Below are positions 1 through 15,700 of a DNA stretch of 64,000 bases, piece by piece. The translations under genes were made by a program, and so were the position numbers. The notes under the pieces were generated by a model. The model saw nothing but the letters and a program-made list of their open reading frames with translations. It ran no database searches and had not been told where the DNA came from. The DNA lies in NCBI RefSeq assembly GCF_009914755.1, contig NC_060938.1; one strand, given 5' to 3'. The stretch's first letter is position 1. Each line of letters opens with the position of its first letter. This stretch comes from the human T2T-CHM13v2.0 reference genome, Homo sapiens.

Positions 1-238
<238 letters not shown>

Positions 239-717
239 TCATTTGGCCTAATCCTTTTCTTTTTTTTTTTTTGATGCAAAGATGCTAGAATAGAATAATG
301 TGTTAAAGATTTGCTTGTCCTTAACAACAAAACATGAATGAGTTCACCAAATGATTTTTCTTTTAGAAGGGTTTGTTTAGAATGAAGCACCAAAAGCCAT
401 AATCTTTTTCAGGTGGAGAAGAGGGATCTTTTGGAAGACATGACCTGCAATAAACCCCTGGAACTCTGAGAGTAGAGGGCAGAGTGGGAGAAAAGGGGCT
501 CTCCACAGAAGCCCAGCAGCTCCTGGGTTGAATGGATTGGAGACAATAAATTGGGGCAAGCCTAGGCTAAAGGTCTAAAGCCAAGGCAGCAGGGCTAAAG
601 GTCTTTGACGGTCCGGGGCCTCCAGGTATTTACTCTCTTTGTGCAGGGGAGGGGCAAATGGGAATTAAAAGGAAACTAAAGCATCACCACTAACTGAAGT
701 GTTACCTCTTACACATC

Positions 718-800
718 TGTTTTCATTTATTGAGCAGGAACTAAGTGCCAGGCTTTGTGCTGGAGGTGGGGATATAAAAATAAGTGAATTATACAAAACA
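718..800 (-). mobile_element. L2 3' end fragment
   Basis: catttattgagc...gtgccagg...gtgct motif typical of the L2 terminus. Confidence 0.5.
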
Positions 801-1349
801 AACACACACTCACACAAATGGATAAGAAATAAATGGTAATCTGTTTTATGATGCTCGTACATATTTGGAAACAAATACATTATAAGACAGAATGATTTGT
901 GCTGAAGGGGGCACTCCTTAGTGTGAAGGAAGATGCTTACCCACTTGTGAGACGTGAAGGGGCTCAGAAGAGCCTGAAAGGAGTTTTCAGACAAAGAGAA
1001 GATAGAATTTGCTATTTTCAAGTGAATCCCCTCTGAATGAATTGCTTTATACCTGGTAGAAATGGCATGCCCTCTAGGGAAGCCTCCTAAATCTCCAACC
1101 AGGAGGCCACCTGCTCAAGAAGTCTGTGAATGGCAGGCACTTCATGGACTTTCCTTGAAGAAACTGTGGGCAGAAAGCATTAGCTAAGTAACATGAGTTT
1201 GGTGTAGGGTCGTCTCTTAGCAGATCTTTCAATTACTTGCTAAGATTGCAGGAGGTTTCTAATAAGGAGGTTAACAAAAGGACTGTTATCTTAAAACAAC
1301 AGGCTGTTGGTTCTGGACACTTTGCAACAATATTATCTATTTACATTGA

Positions 1350-1454
1350 TTCTGAAATGTTCAAAGCACTCTCATATGTTATCTCACTGAAATCTCAGAA
1401 TAAACTCCATTATATAGGTATGTCACAGGTGAGGAAACTAAACTTTTAAACTTG
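1350..1454 (-). mobile_element. MIR, left part (split by the ERV)
   Basis: MIR core acaggtgaggaaact; continues at 9573. Confidence 0.65.
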
Positions 1455-2133
1455 TAAAACCACCTTTGCAAAATTATGACTGAGACAGTGAATGAGATCT
1501 AATTAACTAACTCTTGCTTCTAACCTCCAAGCTGTCCTTGTTCATTCCTGGGCATAGGCTCAACTAACTTTAGGAGAAATTTAGTTTATAGTTTAAACAA
1601 AGATGGTAACTGCCCTTTCCCAAAGCACACCTCCTTCTTGCCTGGGGACTAGATTGCCTTTGTAGGACTAACATTAGCCACAAGATAAGAAATTATGGTT
1701 TAGGAGTCATGCAGCTGGAGGCTACAAGATTCTGACCCTCCCTAAACTGCTCCTAAGATCAGTGCTTGAGATACTTTGCAGACCCTGCACTTGATGAATA
1801 AGCTGGCCCCACTCAGATCAATAAACAGGCTCATCTGATCTTGTGGCCCCCACCCAGGAATTGACTGAGCACAAGAAGACTGCTTTGACTCCCTATGATT
1901 TCATCTCTGACCAATCAGCACTCCTGGTTCACTGGCTTCCCCCCACCCACAAAGTTATCCTTAAAAACTCCGCTCCCTGAATGCTCAGAGAGACTGATTT
2001 GAGTAATAACAAAACTTGGTTCTCCCACACAGCCGGCTCTGTGTGAAGTACTCTTTCTCCATTGCAATTCCCCTGTCTTGATGAATTAGCTCTGTCTAGG
2101 CAGTGGGCAATGTGAACCCCTTGGGCAGTTACA
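1455..2133 (+). mobile_element. LTR8, 5' LTR of an ERV1 provirus
   Basis: Direct repeat of 8926-9572; ends GTTACA; preceded by TSD CTTG (1451-1454); resembles LTR8 consensus. Confidence 0.9.
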
Positions 2134-2137
2134 AATT

Positions 2138-2155
2138 TGGGGGCTCATCCAGGAT
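2138..2155 (+). other. Retroviral primer-binding site, tRNA-Pro type
   Basis: TGGGGGCTCATCCAGGAT versus PBS-Pro TGGGGGCTCGTCCGGGAT; both mismatches are CpG decay; starts 5 nt after the LTR end. Confidence 0.88.
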
Positions 2156-4226
2156 TGCCCTTGTGGCTACCTGCCTGTGGTTCAATGGCCCCCCTCCAGT
2201 GATGGATCCAGAAGCCAGCCCAAGTGGCCTCCTAGTTCTCTTGGACTGGCGGCTGACTCTGGTATTCTTTCTACTGGCGTGGCACTGCTGACCCAATGTG
2301 CATGAATTTAATTGCAATGGAGAAATAGTCCTGGGGAGATGTCCTTTAACTGTTGCCTTATCACAGGGTGACTGTAGCCCCATGGTGGGGTGTCTGTCTG
2401 TAGCCCCATTGCAGGGTGTCCAGATTGGTGAGTATCCTAGGTGCTGCCAATGCCTCCTTTCTTCTCCTGACTGGTAATGTAGCCTATGGGGGGTGTCTGT
2501 AGCCCCATCGTGGAGTGTCTGTTTCTAGCTCCACCATGGGGTGTCTGTGTCTGTAGCCTCATTTGCAGGGTGTCTGTTTTGCAATTTGGGGGGTCTCAGT
2601 TGGTTCTTTCTAACTAGTATGAAGAGTCTTGGTTTGGGAGACTTCTCCTCAATCAGGAAGATTTCGAGGAGGTTTCTCAGACAGAGAATAGGAGGATAGT
2701 TTGGAAGGGATACTCTTGGAGTTCTTGGTTAGGGATCTAATTTGGAAGGCCTTCTGTCCATCTCCTCTTTGTCTGTGTTTGTATATGTGGAAGGGATCTC
2801 AGAGACGGTTGCTGATGGAAATCCAGCAGGCCTAACTCAGGGAACCATCCTTATCTGGTCACATTCCATGAGCCCCAAAGAAGGCTCAACAGGCCTCTTG
2901 GGGTGACTATCTGCTTTTTGCCTTGCCCAGAGACCCCATTGTGAATTACCATTTGGAGGTCATCTGTCCCCACCTGGAGTGGATTAAAGACAACAGGGAC
3001 CAAAGGGAAAAAGTTTCAGCTTTTCCAGGCTGATATTGGGTGCTGAATGAGGTGACTAATGTCTGTTTTGTTACGTGTATTTTGCTGGGATGGAAAATGT
3101 TAATTCGGTTCCCCTTGCAGCCCATTGGGCAGCATCTTGAAAATTAAGAATCTTGCCTGTGGTTCCATAAAACAGTAAAGGGTGATTTTCTCTTGTAAAG
3201 TGGCTGGAACCCCACTGCTATAGCACAAGTGAGCAGGGTCATCAGAAGCCACTCCATTCTTCTGGAAGCTGCAGAGAAAAGGAACCCAGAAACCTGGTAT
3301 GCCAGCAAAAAGGGTAAGAAATTCTTACCAGCCAAGTTTCTGGTCTCTCTCTCTCTCCCTTTCTCTGTCTGGGTAAAACAGTAAATTACTGGTCTCCTCC
3401 GCAAGGTTTGATTAATAGAAAAAAGGATTTGTGAAACTAGTCTTAGGCTGTAGCAAATGTTGTGTACTTTGTGCTAAAAATTTGTCTTTCTGTGTTCTGT
3501 AACGGAGAGGGGGTATTGCAGGATAGAATGTGGGTTTACAACCCCTATAAGCCTGCTTCTCAAGCCAGCTTGGCAGGCTCGTCAGTTACAAACTTTGCTA
3601 CAGGTCCCTGAAACCAGTACTGTATAAAATTTCTGTCTTGTTTTGTGTCCTTAAGAGCTTAACCTTGTGACCATGCGGGGATACTTTCTTTTGGTTTCCA
3701 CCATCCAGAGGACAGGAATTTTGGGGTTCATGTCATAATTAGTCCTAAAAATTTTTCTTGGGCAGTTAAAAGCTTTCCAAGCTTGAAATTTGCTTCTCTA
3801 GGCCCCTTCTGGGAAAAGCAATAGAAACTGCTTAATGCTGTATAGCTCAGTAGCTACGGCTTTATCTTTTGACAGTGGTGGCCGGGGTTCAATTGTTGGC
3901 TTCTGGAATAATTCCTTTCTGGTTTATTTGTGTAATTTTGCCATTTATTGAGGTTTCTTCCCCCCATACTTAGCTTCTAATTTCCTCTCTTGAATTTTCC
4001 TTTCTTTGAACTACCTTGCGGAAATTCTAAATCTTATAAAAAAAGAAACTGTTTACCATGCCTTTGAAGCACCTAGGAGGTTACCTTTGGTAAAGTTCAG
4101 AAAGTAAAAATATTGGCCACTTGGCATGGCTAACATCAGGTAATAAGAAATATGAAAGGATTTCTTTTTTAAAGAGCACTATGGTTAAAAGTCAGTTTAA
4201 TTAAAAGTGGATAAACAAGCTATAGA

Positions 4227-4528
4227 TTTATTTATTTATTATTTTTTGACATGGTGTCTCACTCTGTCGCCCAGTCTGGAGTGCAGTGGCGTGATCTCAG
4301 CTCATTGCAACCTCTGTCCCCTGGGTTCAAGTGATTCTCTTGCCTCAGCCTCCCAAGTAGCTAGGACTATAGGTGCGCGCAAACACGCCTGCATAATTTT
4401 TTGTATTTGTAGTAGAGATGGGTTTTCACCATGTTGGCCAGACTGATCTTGAACTCCTGATCCTGTGATCCACCTGCCTCGGCCTCCCAAAGTGCTGGGA
4501 TTATAGGTGTGAGCCACCGCGCCTGGCC
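4227..4528 (-). mobile_element. AluS inserted in the ERV
   Basis: Full-length antisense Alu flanked by TATAGAT target duplication. Confidence 0.92.
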
Positions 4529-6085
4529 TATAGATATATTTAAAAGGCCTTTATGTTTTTCTCTTCTTGGAACTTGTTTTTCTGGAAAAAGGATTTTTCT
4601 TCTCAGTCGACTGTATTATTTTTCTCCATTTTTTTGTCTTGTCCTTCTTAAAGCACTCATGAGAGGCCCTAAGATAACTTCTGGTAGCCTGAGATTCATT
4701 GGGAAAAACAGAGGAGGCACCACATACCCTGTTTTGGAAAAAAAAAACCCTCTGATTTCCTTATAAAACCCCAGGAATTTAAAAGCAGATAAATCCCTCT
4801 CAAAATTAAAGGATCTGTTCTGTTTTGCATACTGTTATCTGATGGTTTTGAGTTTTGGGGGTATCAGAAATTACTTCGTATTATGATAATTAGGTAGGAA
4901 ATATAAGGGATGGCTAATAGTAGTTATGGAGGGATACTTAATTCTTTGCACACTTGGATAGGAGAAGCATGCTCTTGGCTACTTGGAAGACAAGAAAACG
5001 CCCCCACTACCCCCACTGGGAGATGAGACTCCCAGGAGAGATGGGCTGATTACAAAATGGGCTGATTGGCTTTGGGTTACCTTGCAATAAAATGCAGGGT
5101 AGAAGCATTGCACTATCTTCTCCTGAGTATTTTCCTCCTTTTGGGGATCCGGGATCCGGTATAAAATGGTACCCTTAATTTTGCGGATCTGTCTTTGCCT
5201 TCAGCTGCTTATTTGGCCCTAGAAATTCATGTTTTCCTGGCCCTGCTCCTCCAAGGGCTCCACCCTGAAGCCAGTCATCCAATTAAGAAACTGGCAAATG
5301 AAAAATTTCACAAGTGCTAAATCTCCTGTCTGTGTATTTATATGTGTTGTATGTTTACATATAAAAAAACTCTAATTGGCTTAGAAACATAAGTGCTTAA
5401 ATCAAATATTTTGTCAGAAAAATAGAAACTTTAATGCCGTTTTGTTCACGTGACTTTAGGAATCTTTGGGAAATAAAGACAGTTTTAAAGATTATTGGTA
5501 AAATAAAATGTCTTGAAAATGTAGACATTTGGTCTAAATTAAGGTCAAATATCAAATTTGCTAAATGCTTTAAGGTCAAGCTGTTTCTTTGACTTTTGAA
5601 AATTGTTCGATTTACCTACTTTGGAGCAGATTATAGATAAGGCCTGGGGACATACGGAAAGCCAAGTCCACTAGCTATGCTAAAATGAGTCAGATCTTCA
5701 TTTCTGTCCGATGTCCTAGGCTCCACCCTTAGTAGATAATTAAAATCTCTTACTTATCAGGTTTTTCACTAAAAATAAAAGTTGCTAACAGTTAACATTG
5801 TAATATGTAGTTGAGACCACTGAAGAAGCAGTTTTACATACAAGGTATGTAGGGAATGTGTTTTTGGTAAAAGATTATAAGAAGGCATGGGAATATAGCT
5901 TTTGTTAAAGGGAATGTAATTTTGGCTAGTTCTGAGGGTTTTAAAAATTGTCTTAACCTAAAAGAGTAACAGAACAAAACTGAAGGCTTAAGCAAAGTGA
6001 AAGGGTTAATCTTGTAAAAATTCTGTGGGTATAAACCAGTTGGCTAATATTTAAAAGAAATTATTTAGCTTTTTTCCTTAGGTTA

Positions 6086-6411
<326 letters not shown>

Positions 6412-8925
6412 TCAAAATCATACTGATGTGGGGCCTGAATCTGGGCCCATGTGTCTGAATAACAGGGCTTTCTTAGAAAATTGATCTGCTGTTTAATGGA
6501 AAATTGTAAAGGGTTCTAAAGGGTTTGTGAAAATCTTACCCTATGGTCAAACTAATTAAAACTGAATAAAGATACAAAATTTTATTTAAAAACACTAGCT
6601 TTAACATTAACAATGCGCGAATGCAAACATGAAATATGTTTTTCTCTTTTAAAGATGATTTTTATGTAATGTTAAAAGATAATAAAAAGGTCTTATTTTC
6701 TTCTTTGGGTAAATGGCAGGGAAAAAAAGGAGGAAAGAAAGAAAAGAGATAGATTTATTTGGCCTCATGCTATCTTCATTGCATCTTGTTTGGAAAGCTA
6801 AGTCTCCTCTATTAGAGTAAAGGTTTTTCTTTTTTAAAATTTTTTTTGGAGTTATCATTTTGGCCAAATGAATTACGTATGGTAACCTAGGATTCTATTT
6901 TGTGATAACCAGTATTTTAAACCTTTGATATTTAACAAACTTTCCAACATCAAATTATAAATTATGTCTCTTTTTTACCTAATATTTTAGATATTAGGTC
7001 CTCTAAAGTCCAAAAATAACATTTGGCTTATTTGGTACAAAAATCATACAGAAAGCATTGTCAAATATGAAATGGTGTTTGGCTTTCTTTGGTCTATATT
7101 TGTGTAAATGCGTTATTGGTATATGCTCTGAAATTATGCAAAACTCCTGTAATTCTAATATAACTTAGTATATGTTATCAGTAATCATCATAATTATTAT
7201 GTTAACAGACTGTGTGCCACAGAGGTAACAAATTTTCTTGTCAATTGTGTCTTTAACTGTGGCTGCCTTAAAATATTTTTATCATCCACAGACAATTGTC
7301 TCATTTCGGTGAAAATTGTTTCATAATCAGCTATCAAATTTAACAGGTGCTCTTAAATGCAGGATTCTAATTAATAATGCTGAAAATTGTGACATTAAAA
7401 TAGAGGAAAATGTTTCAAATAGAAGACTAAGTGGCATTTGGTTTACTTTGGACTTTATTTACATAAATGTTATTAGTATGTGTTCCAAAATTATGGGAAA
7501 CTTCTATAATGTTGATACAATTTAGTGTACATTATTAATAATTATAATTGTTATGTAAAATTGTTGTATGCCACAAAAGTAAACAAAACTGCTACATAAT
7601 TGTAGCTTTAATAGTGGCTATAGCCTTTTGTCATCCACAGACATTTTGTCTTGCTTTGGTCCTTTTCAAAAGGCAGTTTATAATCAGATATACGACTCTT
7701 AAGTGCAGGTCTCAAATAACTTTAAAAATTGTGCTATTGAAAGAGAGGAAAAGAACAAACTTTTAGGGCTCTCATGGAAAGCTAATGTGTTAAACATTGC
7801 TAAACCTTTTCTTTCAGAGTCAGGAGGACTTATTTCTTTAGAGCTATTTGCAACTTTTAACAAGTGAGTAAAATATACTCCTATAAACAAAATTTGGAGC
7901 ACATTTGTTCCTCTCTACCTAATTTCTCCAGAATTTGAAAACTATTTGTTAATATTCTCAATTTATGGAAGTATAGTTAATTGCATAAGTGTAATAACAA
8001 TCTGTTTTCTTTTCTAACAGGACACATTTGGAGAAACTGGTTATTTTACCAAGGCTTTAAGTGAAATGGCACGCTTCCTTTAAAGAATCAAAGTTGACTT
8101 ATAAAGCCAATTAAAGCCCGTTGGGGAATCTGTTCTCATACCTTGTTCACAAAGTCCCTGTACAAGGTTCCTGACCTGTGGTAAGTAAAGAATGTCACTT
8201 TATAACAGGGCCAGGAACCCCAAGTTATTTTGGGACCTCAAGAGAAGAGGAATTTTCCCACCTCATAGGTATTAAAGGGTATAAACCCATTGCTGGGCTC
8301 AGCTTTTAAAAAGTATTATCTAAAGTTCTTAACAGAACAGAGTTCTATCAAAGCCAATTGAAAAAGCTTACATGAAAAATAATTACTCTTGCTGTACTTT
8401 ATGCAAATAATCAGGCCAAGTACAGTAAAAGTAAAATTCATTTTATAAACAAACCATTTCTTGATTTGTTTTTAATAAAAATGATGACTGGAGAGAGAAA
8501 AATTATGATTCAAAAGAAAAACTATACTACACTGTTGTTAGCTGTTCTTGAGGTTTTTTCTGCAGTTTAAACTAAATTCTAAATTCTTTGAGGGTTAGAA
8601 GCAAATCTTTGCTTTTAAAACTGGTAATTGTACTCCTAATCCTAGCCCTCATTATTTACCTTATAGTAGGCTGTTCACTTAAACACTGTAGTAAAACTAT
8701 AAATAAGAGTACTGTTTCTGCCATGCAAACCTTGAAAGCCCAGCCAGGCCTGCATGAGTACGCTCAGACAGTTGCAAAGCAGTTCCACTCTTCTCACCTT
8801 GGGGTTCACTCCCATTCCCACTACATCCCCTGTCAGCAGGAAGAAGCCAGAGCAATCAATGGCCTTGTCCCATCTTCACAGCCTACTCCTTAAGATTAAG
8901 GTGTTATAAAACCCAAGGGAAGGAT

Positions 8926-9572
8926 TGAAACGGCCTTTGCAAAATTATGACCGAGACAGCGAAAGAGATCTAACTTAACTAACTCCATCTTGCTTCTAAC
9001 CTCTAAGCTCTAAGCTGTCCTTGTTCATTCCTGGGTGTAGGCTGAACTAACTTTGGAAGAAACTTAGTTCATAATTTAAACAAAGACAGTAACAGCCCTT
9101 TCCCAAAGCAGACCTCCTTCTTGCCTGGGGACTAGATTGCCTTTGCAGGACTAACATTAGCCATAAGATGAGAAATTATGGTTTAGGAGTCATGCAGCTG
9201 GAGGCTACAAGATTCTGACCCTCCCTAAACTGCTCCTAAGATCAGTGCTTGAGATATTTTGCAGACCCTGCACTTGATGGATCAGCTGGCCCCACCTAGA
9301 TCAATAAACTGGCTCATCTGATTTTGTGGCCCCTACCCAGGAACTGACTGAGCACAAGAAGACAGCTTTGACTTCCTATGATTTCATCCCTGACCAATCG
9401 GCACTCCTGGCTCACTGGCTTCCGCCCACCCACAAAGTTATCCTTAAAAACTCTGCTCCCTGAATGCTCAGTGAGACTCATTTGAATTACTCTTTCTCTA
9501 TTGCAATTCCCCTGTCTTGATGAATCAGCTCTGTCTAGGCAGCAGGAAAGGTGAACCCCTTGGGCAGTTACA
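8926..9572 (+). mobile_element. LTR8, 3' LTR
   Basis: TG...CA termini; followed by TSD CTTG (9573-9576). Confidence 0.9.
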
Positions 9573-9630
9573 CTTGTATCTTGGCTAGTTAATAGGAGAA
9601 TCAGGATCAAACCCTAAATCTGATGCTTCT
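9573..9630 (-). mobile_element. MIR, right part
   Basis: cttg...gctagttaataggagaatcaggatcaaaccc continues the MIR interrupted at 1454. Confidence 0.55.
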
Positions 9631-9789
9631 TCCAAAACAAAATAGTTGCCTCTCTCACATTACATGTTAAGTGTCCCCAAAAGTTATGTAAAATTAGTTT
9701 AGGGAAATCTGATTATATTTAAAACTGCTTTTAGAACTAGATATTTAAAGAGAAATTTCTTTGAGTAAAAAGTCATTTCAATAGTAAAC

Positions 9790-11290
9790 AGTTATTGATC
9801 ACCTATTATCTAAGTAAGCACAGGAATGAAGAAATCATAAAATTTGGATCCTGCTTTTAAGGAATTTTAGGTCTAGCTGGGAATATTGAACAATCTTTTG
9901 ACAAATGTTGTCTCGATGCCAACACATCTTGTACTGTTGTAGGTGGCAAAAGTTGAGTTTAAGGAAGAGATAGTACTAGAATTGACAAAGAAAGAGGATG
10001 TGGGATGGTATGTGAGTGTGGCGGACAATTTGTTAAGGAGATGGGGTGGATAAAAGGAAATATTACAAAGGATTAGTTGACAAGAATGGTGACTAACTGT
10101 GGGAGAAACGAGGAAGAGCTAATTAAGGGTGAAAACAGCATTTCAAAGCTGGGTGACTGAGTAATTAGTATCACTGCCAAAAACAGGAAATCTGAGGGTG
10201 AACTGGTTTGGGGAAAAGCTGACACTTGTCTTTAAATCTCCAGATTCTGACATGATGACATCTAAGCAGGGCATTCTGACACAGCCTGGGGCAGAGATGA
10301 GATCAGAGATGAAATGAGGCTGACAATTGCACACATTACTAAGTGTTTTAAAAGCTTAGAAGTTAAATGACTTGCTCTTTAGGCTCTGTCACAGTAGCCC
10401 TCAGTTAACATGGTCCTTAATATCATATATCCAATGATATTCAGATGAATATGTACGGTAGGCCATTGGAAATGCAGGGCTAAAATTTAGTACAGGGGGC
10501 TGAACATTTACTTTTGGGTGTATTCTATGTGGAAACGATGACTGCAGCCATGAGAGTGGAGGAAATCTCCAATGGAGGGTAGGCTAAGGGATGCAGTCTA
10601 GGATGAAACCATCCTTTGGGATTGAAAGGAATAAGTGGGTCCAGAGAAAAGAGAGGTCCACCTGCTAGAAAGGGCACCACAATAGTGCAGGTTATGGCAG
10701 CCAAGGAGAAGGACATTTCTCAGAAGGAAGGGGTAAGCTACAGTGTGGAATGCTGTAGACATAACAAGGAAATGGAAATGTAGAAAGGACCACTGGATTT
10801 GGAGACTGAAAGGAAGGTCATTCATAACTTTGCAGGGGGCACTGCTATGAGTAGTGGGGACGGAAGCCTTATCGTAAGGGGCTGGGTGGGGGGAAGTTCA
10901 AAGTAATAAAGAAGATGGTAGTTTGGGGAGTAGTAGCAACAAGTAAACCTTTAGGTTGAGCAAAACCTAGGAATGTTAGAGGGAAGGGAGGGGTGAAGAT
11001 TTTGGAAAACAGACTTGATGAAGCAAAGTCTCCACTAAGGAAGGAAAAAATGGGATTAATCACAGTTGTTTTCAAAGAAGGAGGGAGAAAAGAGATAGGT
11101 AAAGATGGAAGGACATTTTGGGAAGTTACAGTTGTGGCCACAGATACGTGTTGAGGTGGAACGGAAATAACCTAAAGTGGTAAAATAACATAATGAGGGA
11201 AATTAACTTGAATTTTCCCTGGAAAATGAGTCAAGAGGTTCCTGAGACTAAGTAGATTAAGGGCGGGGCTTGAAGAGGGTAGGAAAAGTC
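9790..11290 (-). mobile_element. Degraded L2 fragments
   Basis: Purine-rich degenerate sequence with L2-like motifs; boundaries approximate. Confidence 0.5.
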
Positions 11291-11295
11291 AAGGC

Positions 11296-11597
11296 CTGCA
11301 TTGTCCAATACAGTAGCAATGAGTCACATAAGGCTACTGGGTGTGTGAAACGGGGCTAGTCCCAAATGAGATGTCCTGTAGTGTCAACTACATACTGGAT
11401 CTTAGACTTAGTACAAAGAAGGATGTAAAATATCTCATTAATTCTTTTTGTATTGATATTTTGAAAGGCTAATACTTTTGATCTATTAATACAATATATA
11501 ATCAAAACGAATTTTACCTGTTTCTTCTTACTTTTTAATGTGGCTATTAGAAAATTTATATTTGTGGCTTATATTATATTTCTATTAAACAGTGCTG
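11296..11597. mobile_element. MER33 (hAT-Charlie non-autonomous DNA transposon)
   Basis: CTGCATTGTCCAATA...TATTAAACAGTGCTG termini; right flank GTCTAGAA matches the Charlie target consensus. Confidence 0.8.
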
Positions 11598-12978
11598 GTC
11601 TAGAAACATACAATAAGGCTTCAAAAAGGAATGAATAAATGGACTGCCAAAAAGTGAAGAGGGCTTGGTTAAAGTCAAGGGTTTCTTGGGGATCCATTCA
11701 ATAGAATTAGATAATGAATGTTCTGATCAATGGGTGGTGGGGCTGGTCCAGGGCTGTGAAGAGGCACAAGGAGCATGATCAGAAGACTCTAAGGTCCAAG
11801 AGGACAGAATTGAAATGAACAACCCTGGGGTTCAGGCTGGGAATGACGGACAGTCTAGATGGCTGGTGACTGATAGGCTGGGAGAGTGGCAATGGCCATG
11901 TGTGGTCAGAGTGCCAGGAAATGGCCTGAAGTTCTGATGATTCAGTGGGAAGGGTAGGAGGTGATGGGATCAGAGAAGAGAATTTCTGCATTCCAAATCT
12001 GCTGTGTAAATGCCAATTTTTCACATTTTAATTTTGCTTAGAGTGGTATCAACTTGCGTAGGAAGCTTTATACTACCCAATCCAGAAAAGTAGGTATTTG
12101 AATAAAGTTTCCTTAGAACCCAAGTAAGAGAAATATAAGTAACCCTGTTACTGGAATTAATTACCCCCAGTGGTCTTCTGGTATAACAAAATATGATCAG
12201 CTTTTCTCTTTTAATATCCTCCTAATGCAGAAAAGCCAGGCGAGAGTTTCAACATCTGAGTATACATTAACTAAGAATACTTACTAGGATAGGCATATTA
12301 CTATATTGCTTTGCCAGTTGTAAAAATTAAAGCTACTTTGCTAAAAACTGAGGAGAAACACATTGGCTTTGAAATGAGAGATCAGTGTGTCCTATCAATT
12401 TGATAAAGGAACTGGGCTTGGTGATCACCATAGTCCTCAAACCACAGCTATGAGCACACACACTGCAGCCTGCCTAGGACTGTCTTAGAATAAATTTGGC
12501 CAAAAGTGAAGTGGCAGATTTGAAGAATTCTAACATCAAACCAGTGCTCCCCTTATTTCTAGAATCCAATCAATAACAAAAGAAGAATAAGAGAAGTGAT
12601 CCAAGGTTTGAATTAATAGCTAAGTGGAAATTAAATCCTATGTCAAATTTCTAGAAAGAAAGTCCTTTGCTGTAGTCCAAATTTTTGTTTTGGTAAAAAT
12701 ACTTTAAATGCATTCAAATGGCCCAACAGTGGCCACAGTATTCAGAAAGTTTATTAAAAATGTATGAACTGAAAAGACAAGTAGTGCAGCTATTTATATT
12801 TTATTTATAAGGTAAAATGTGATATAAGCGGATAATATAAAATAGCAATAAATTGTGCATAATTGTCTGCATTATGGTACCATATTCTTAACTGTGTAAT
12901 TTTATTCCATCTTGGCCCAGAAAATACTTCAGGCAGCACTACACCACTTGCTATGTGACAAATTAATGCTACTTTTTA

Positions 12979-13294
<316 letters not shown>

Positions 13295-15325
13295 TAAATG
13301 CCAAGTGAGAAAATGTGACAAGTTCCTGTTCATTGATAATATCAGCATTTCAACAAAAGGACTGTTGAAAAATGATATGCTGTTGAAATTTATTTACTTT
13401 TTAGCAAGCTTCCAATGATTTAACTACAATAATTGACTACTTTGTGGACAGAGTAAGAAGGCTAGACAAACCTCAGTTGTTTCCAACCCAGTGTCCAAAG
13501 AGGTGATTAAGAGCCAGTTTTTTTCTGACTGATTTTCATGAAGGAAACAAAATATCACCACAAAATGTTAACAAGAAAAAATAGAAGTAATTTTTCCTAC
13601 TTTAATCTTCCCTCGTTTGACATTAAACTGGAGAAAGAAAACAGAAGTAGATGTAAACATAGAGACCTTCAAAGATGACATCTTCTAGTCATGAGTTTCA
13701 TTTACCAAGATAGTATCCCACATCAGTTGAAGGTTCACATGGTAATCTAGGAGCCCTGAGCCCAGAGGGAAAACTGCTGGCACGGACTTCTGCTGATAAG
13801 ACACCTTTGATTTCATTTTCCAGCCCTTCCCTCACACCTCCTAACTACAACCTATATGACTGTCAAGAGAAAAATGCCAACACTATTTCTAGACTCTTAA
13901 ATAATTCTGTGGATGTTTTGAAAGGAAAGACACATTAAGCCTGGTGCTTTCTATAGATAGTAAAAGAGCATAGCATTTAATCCACCACTTTAAATGAGCT
14001 TTGGTGGAACAAAGGAAAATGAAGGATTTCAGTGTCAAAGCCACAGCCAACAGCAATTTCTGCTGCTTTTCTTCCACGAGAGACAAAAGGAATTATACTA
14101 TTCCCGAATGACTCCTCCTCGGGCTGGACTGAAGGCAAAAACTACTTTATCCTTATGGAGGGCTTAACATTTTCCTTGGTTAGAAATGAATGTGATTCCT
14201 GTTTGCTAGGTCTAACCACTAGGACTAGAACATTCCCATTCTTTCCAAGCTGTCAAGTTAACATAATGATGTGTAAGCCCTTGGTCACCATGGTGGGGTG
14301 GGCCTGCCCAGGAAGTGAAACAACAGGTCCTGTGAATTTCAGACAGTTGGGCAAGCTCCTCCTCCTCCTAGACCTCTTGTAAAGCCAAGGCTCACTTGGA
14401 GGGATCTTCACAGGATAACCGGGATCAAAGGAAGAGATGGTCACAGGGAGGAAAAGACGGGCTTTGGAAATGTGATAGTTGAGGCATGAAGAAATAATTT
14501 TGAGATACTCAAGAATGGTTGTCTTCATGTACTATTTCTTTAAGCTTTTTGACCTCATCAAAATACAAACTGTTCATTTGGTCTATTGGTCATCAACCAT
14601 AATTAGCCACAAAATCTTAAGATTGTGTCATCCCTTCTTAAAACCCATCATTGTAGTGGAATAGAAAAGAACCAGGAGGTAGACAGCTGTTGGTTCCTTT
14701 TTAAAAAAAATGAATACGTTTAAAATTTGGACCAAGATGATAACAGCAAAAATATTTCTTGAACTAAAAAGACAAAAGGATTGATTTCTCATTGTACCTC
14801 TGTTCCATTCAATAAAATATTATGTTCTTCTTGATGCCAATTATCACCAAATTTGAAATTTGCCAATCTGCAGTTTGGTGAAATATTTCTGAAGAAAGGG
14901 GATAAAATATGACCACATTTAAAGCATTTTCTTTGTAAAATGTGTAGAACTGCAATACTTTCTAAAAATTAAAACTTATAGTTGTGCTTTTCATTTGTTC
15001 AACATTAACACCAGCTTTGTCAAAGAGCTCAAGAGTAATGCTGAGATTATGTTTTTTCCTTTGGCAACATATAAAATAAGGAAGAATTTAGAATTTTATT
15101 TCATGAAACAATAAGATAACTTTGCTCAGCTTGAACTTAAAGATATAGCTCAAACATACTTTGGAAAAATAGAACACTATACTTTTAAGTTGTAAAACTC
15201 CTAACAGTTTTCTTATTTGAAATATATGCTGTAAGTTTGGAATATAATTTTAATTATCAAGATTTAAAGTAGTTAGCATTATTAACTGTCACCTAGGCAG
15301 AAGATGGCTTTTAAAGAATCATTAA

Positions 15326-15700
<375 letters not shown>

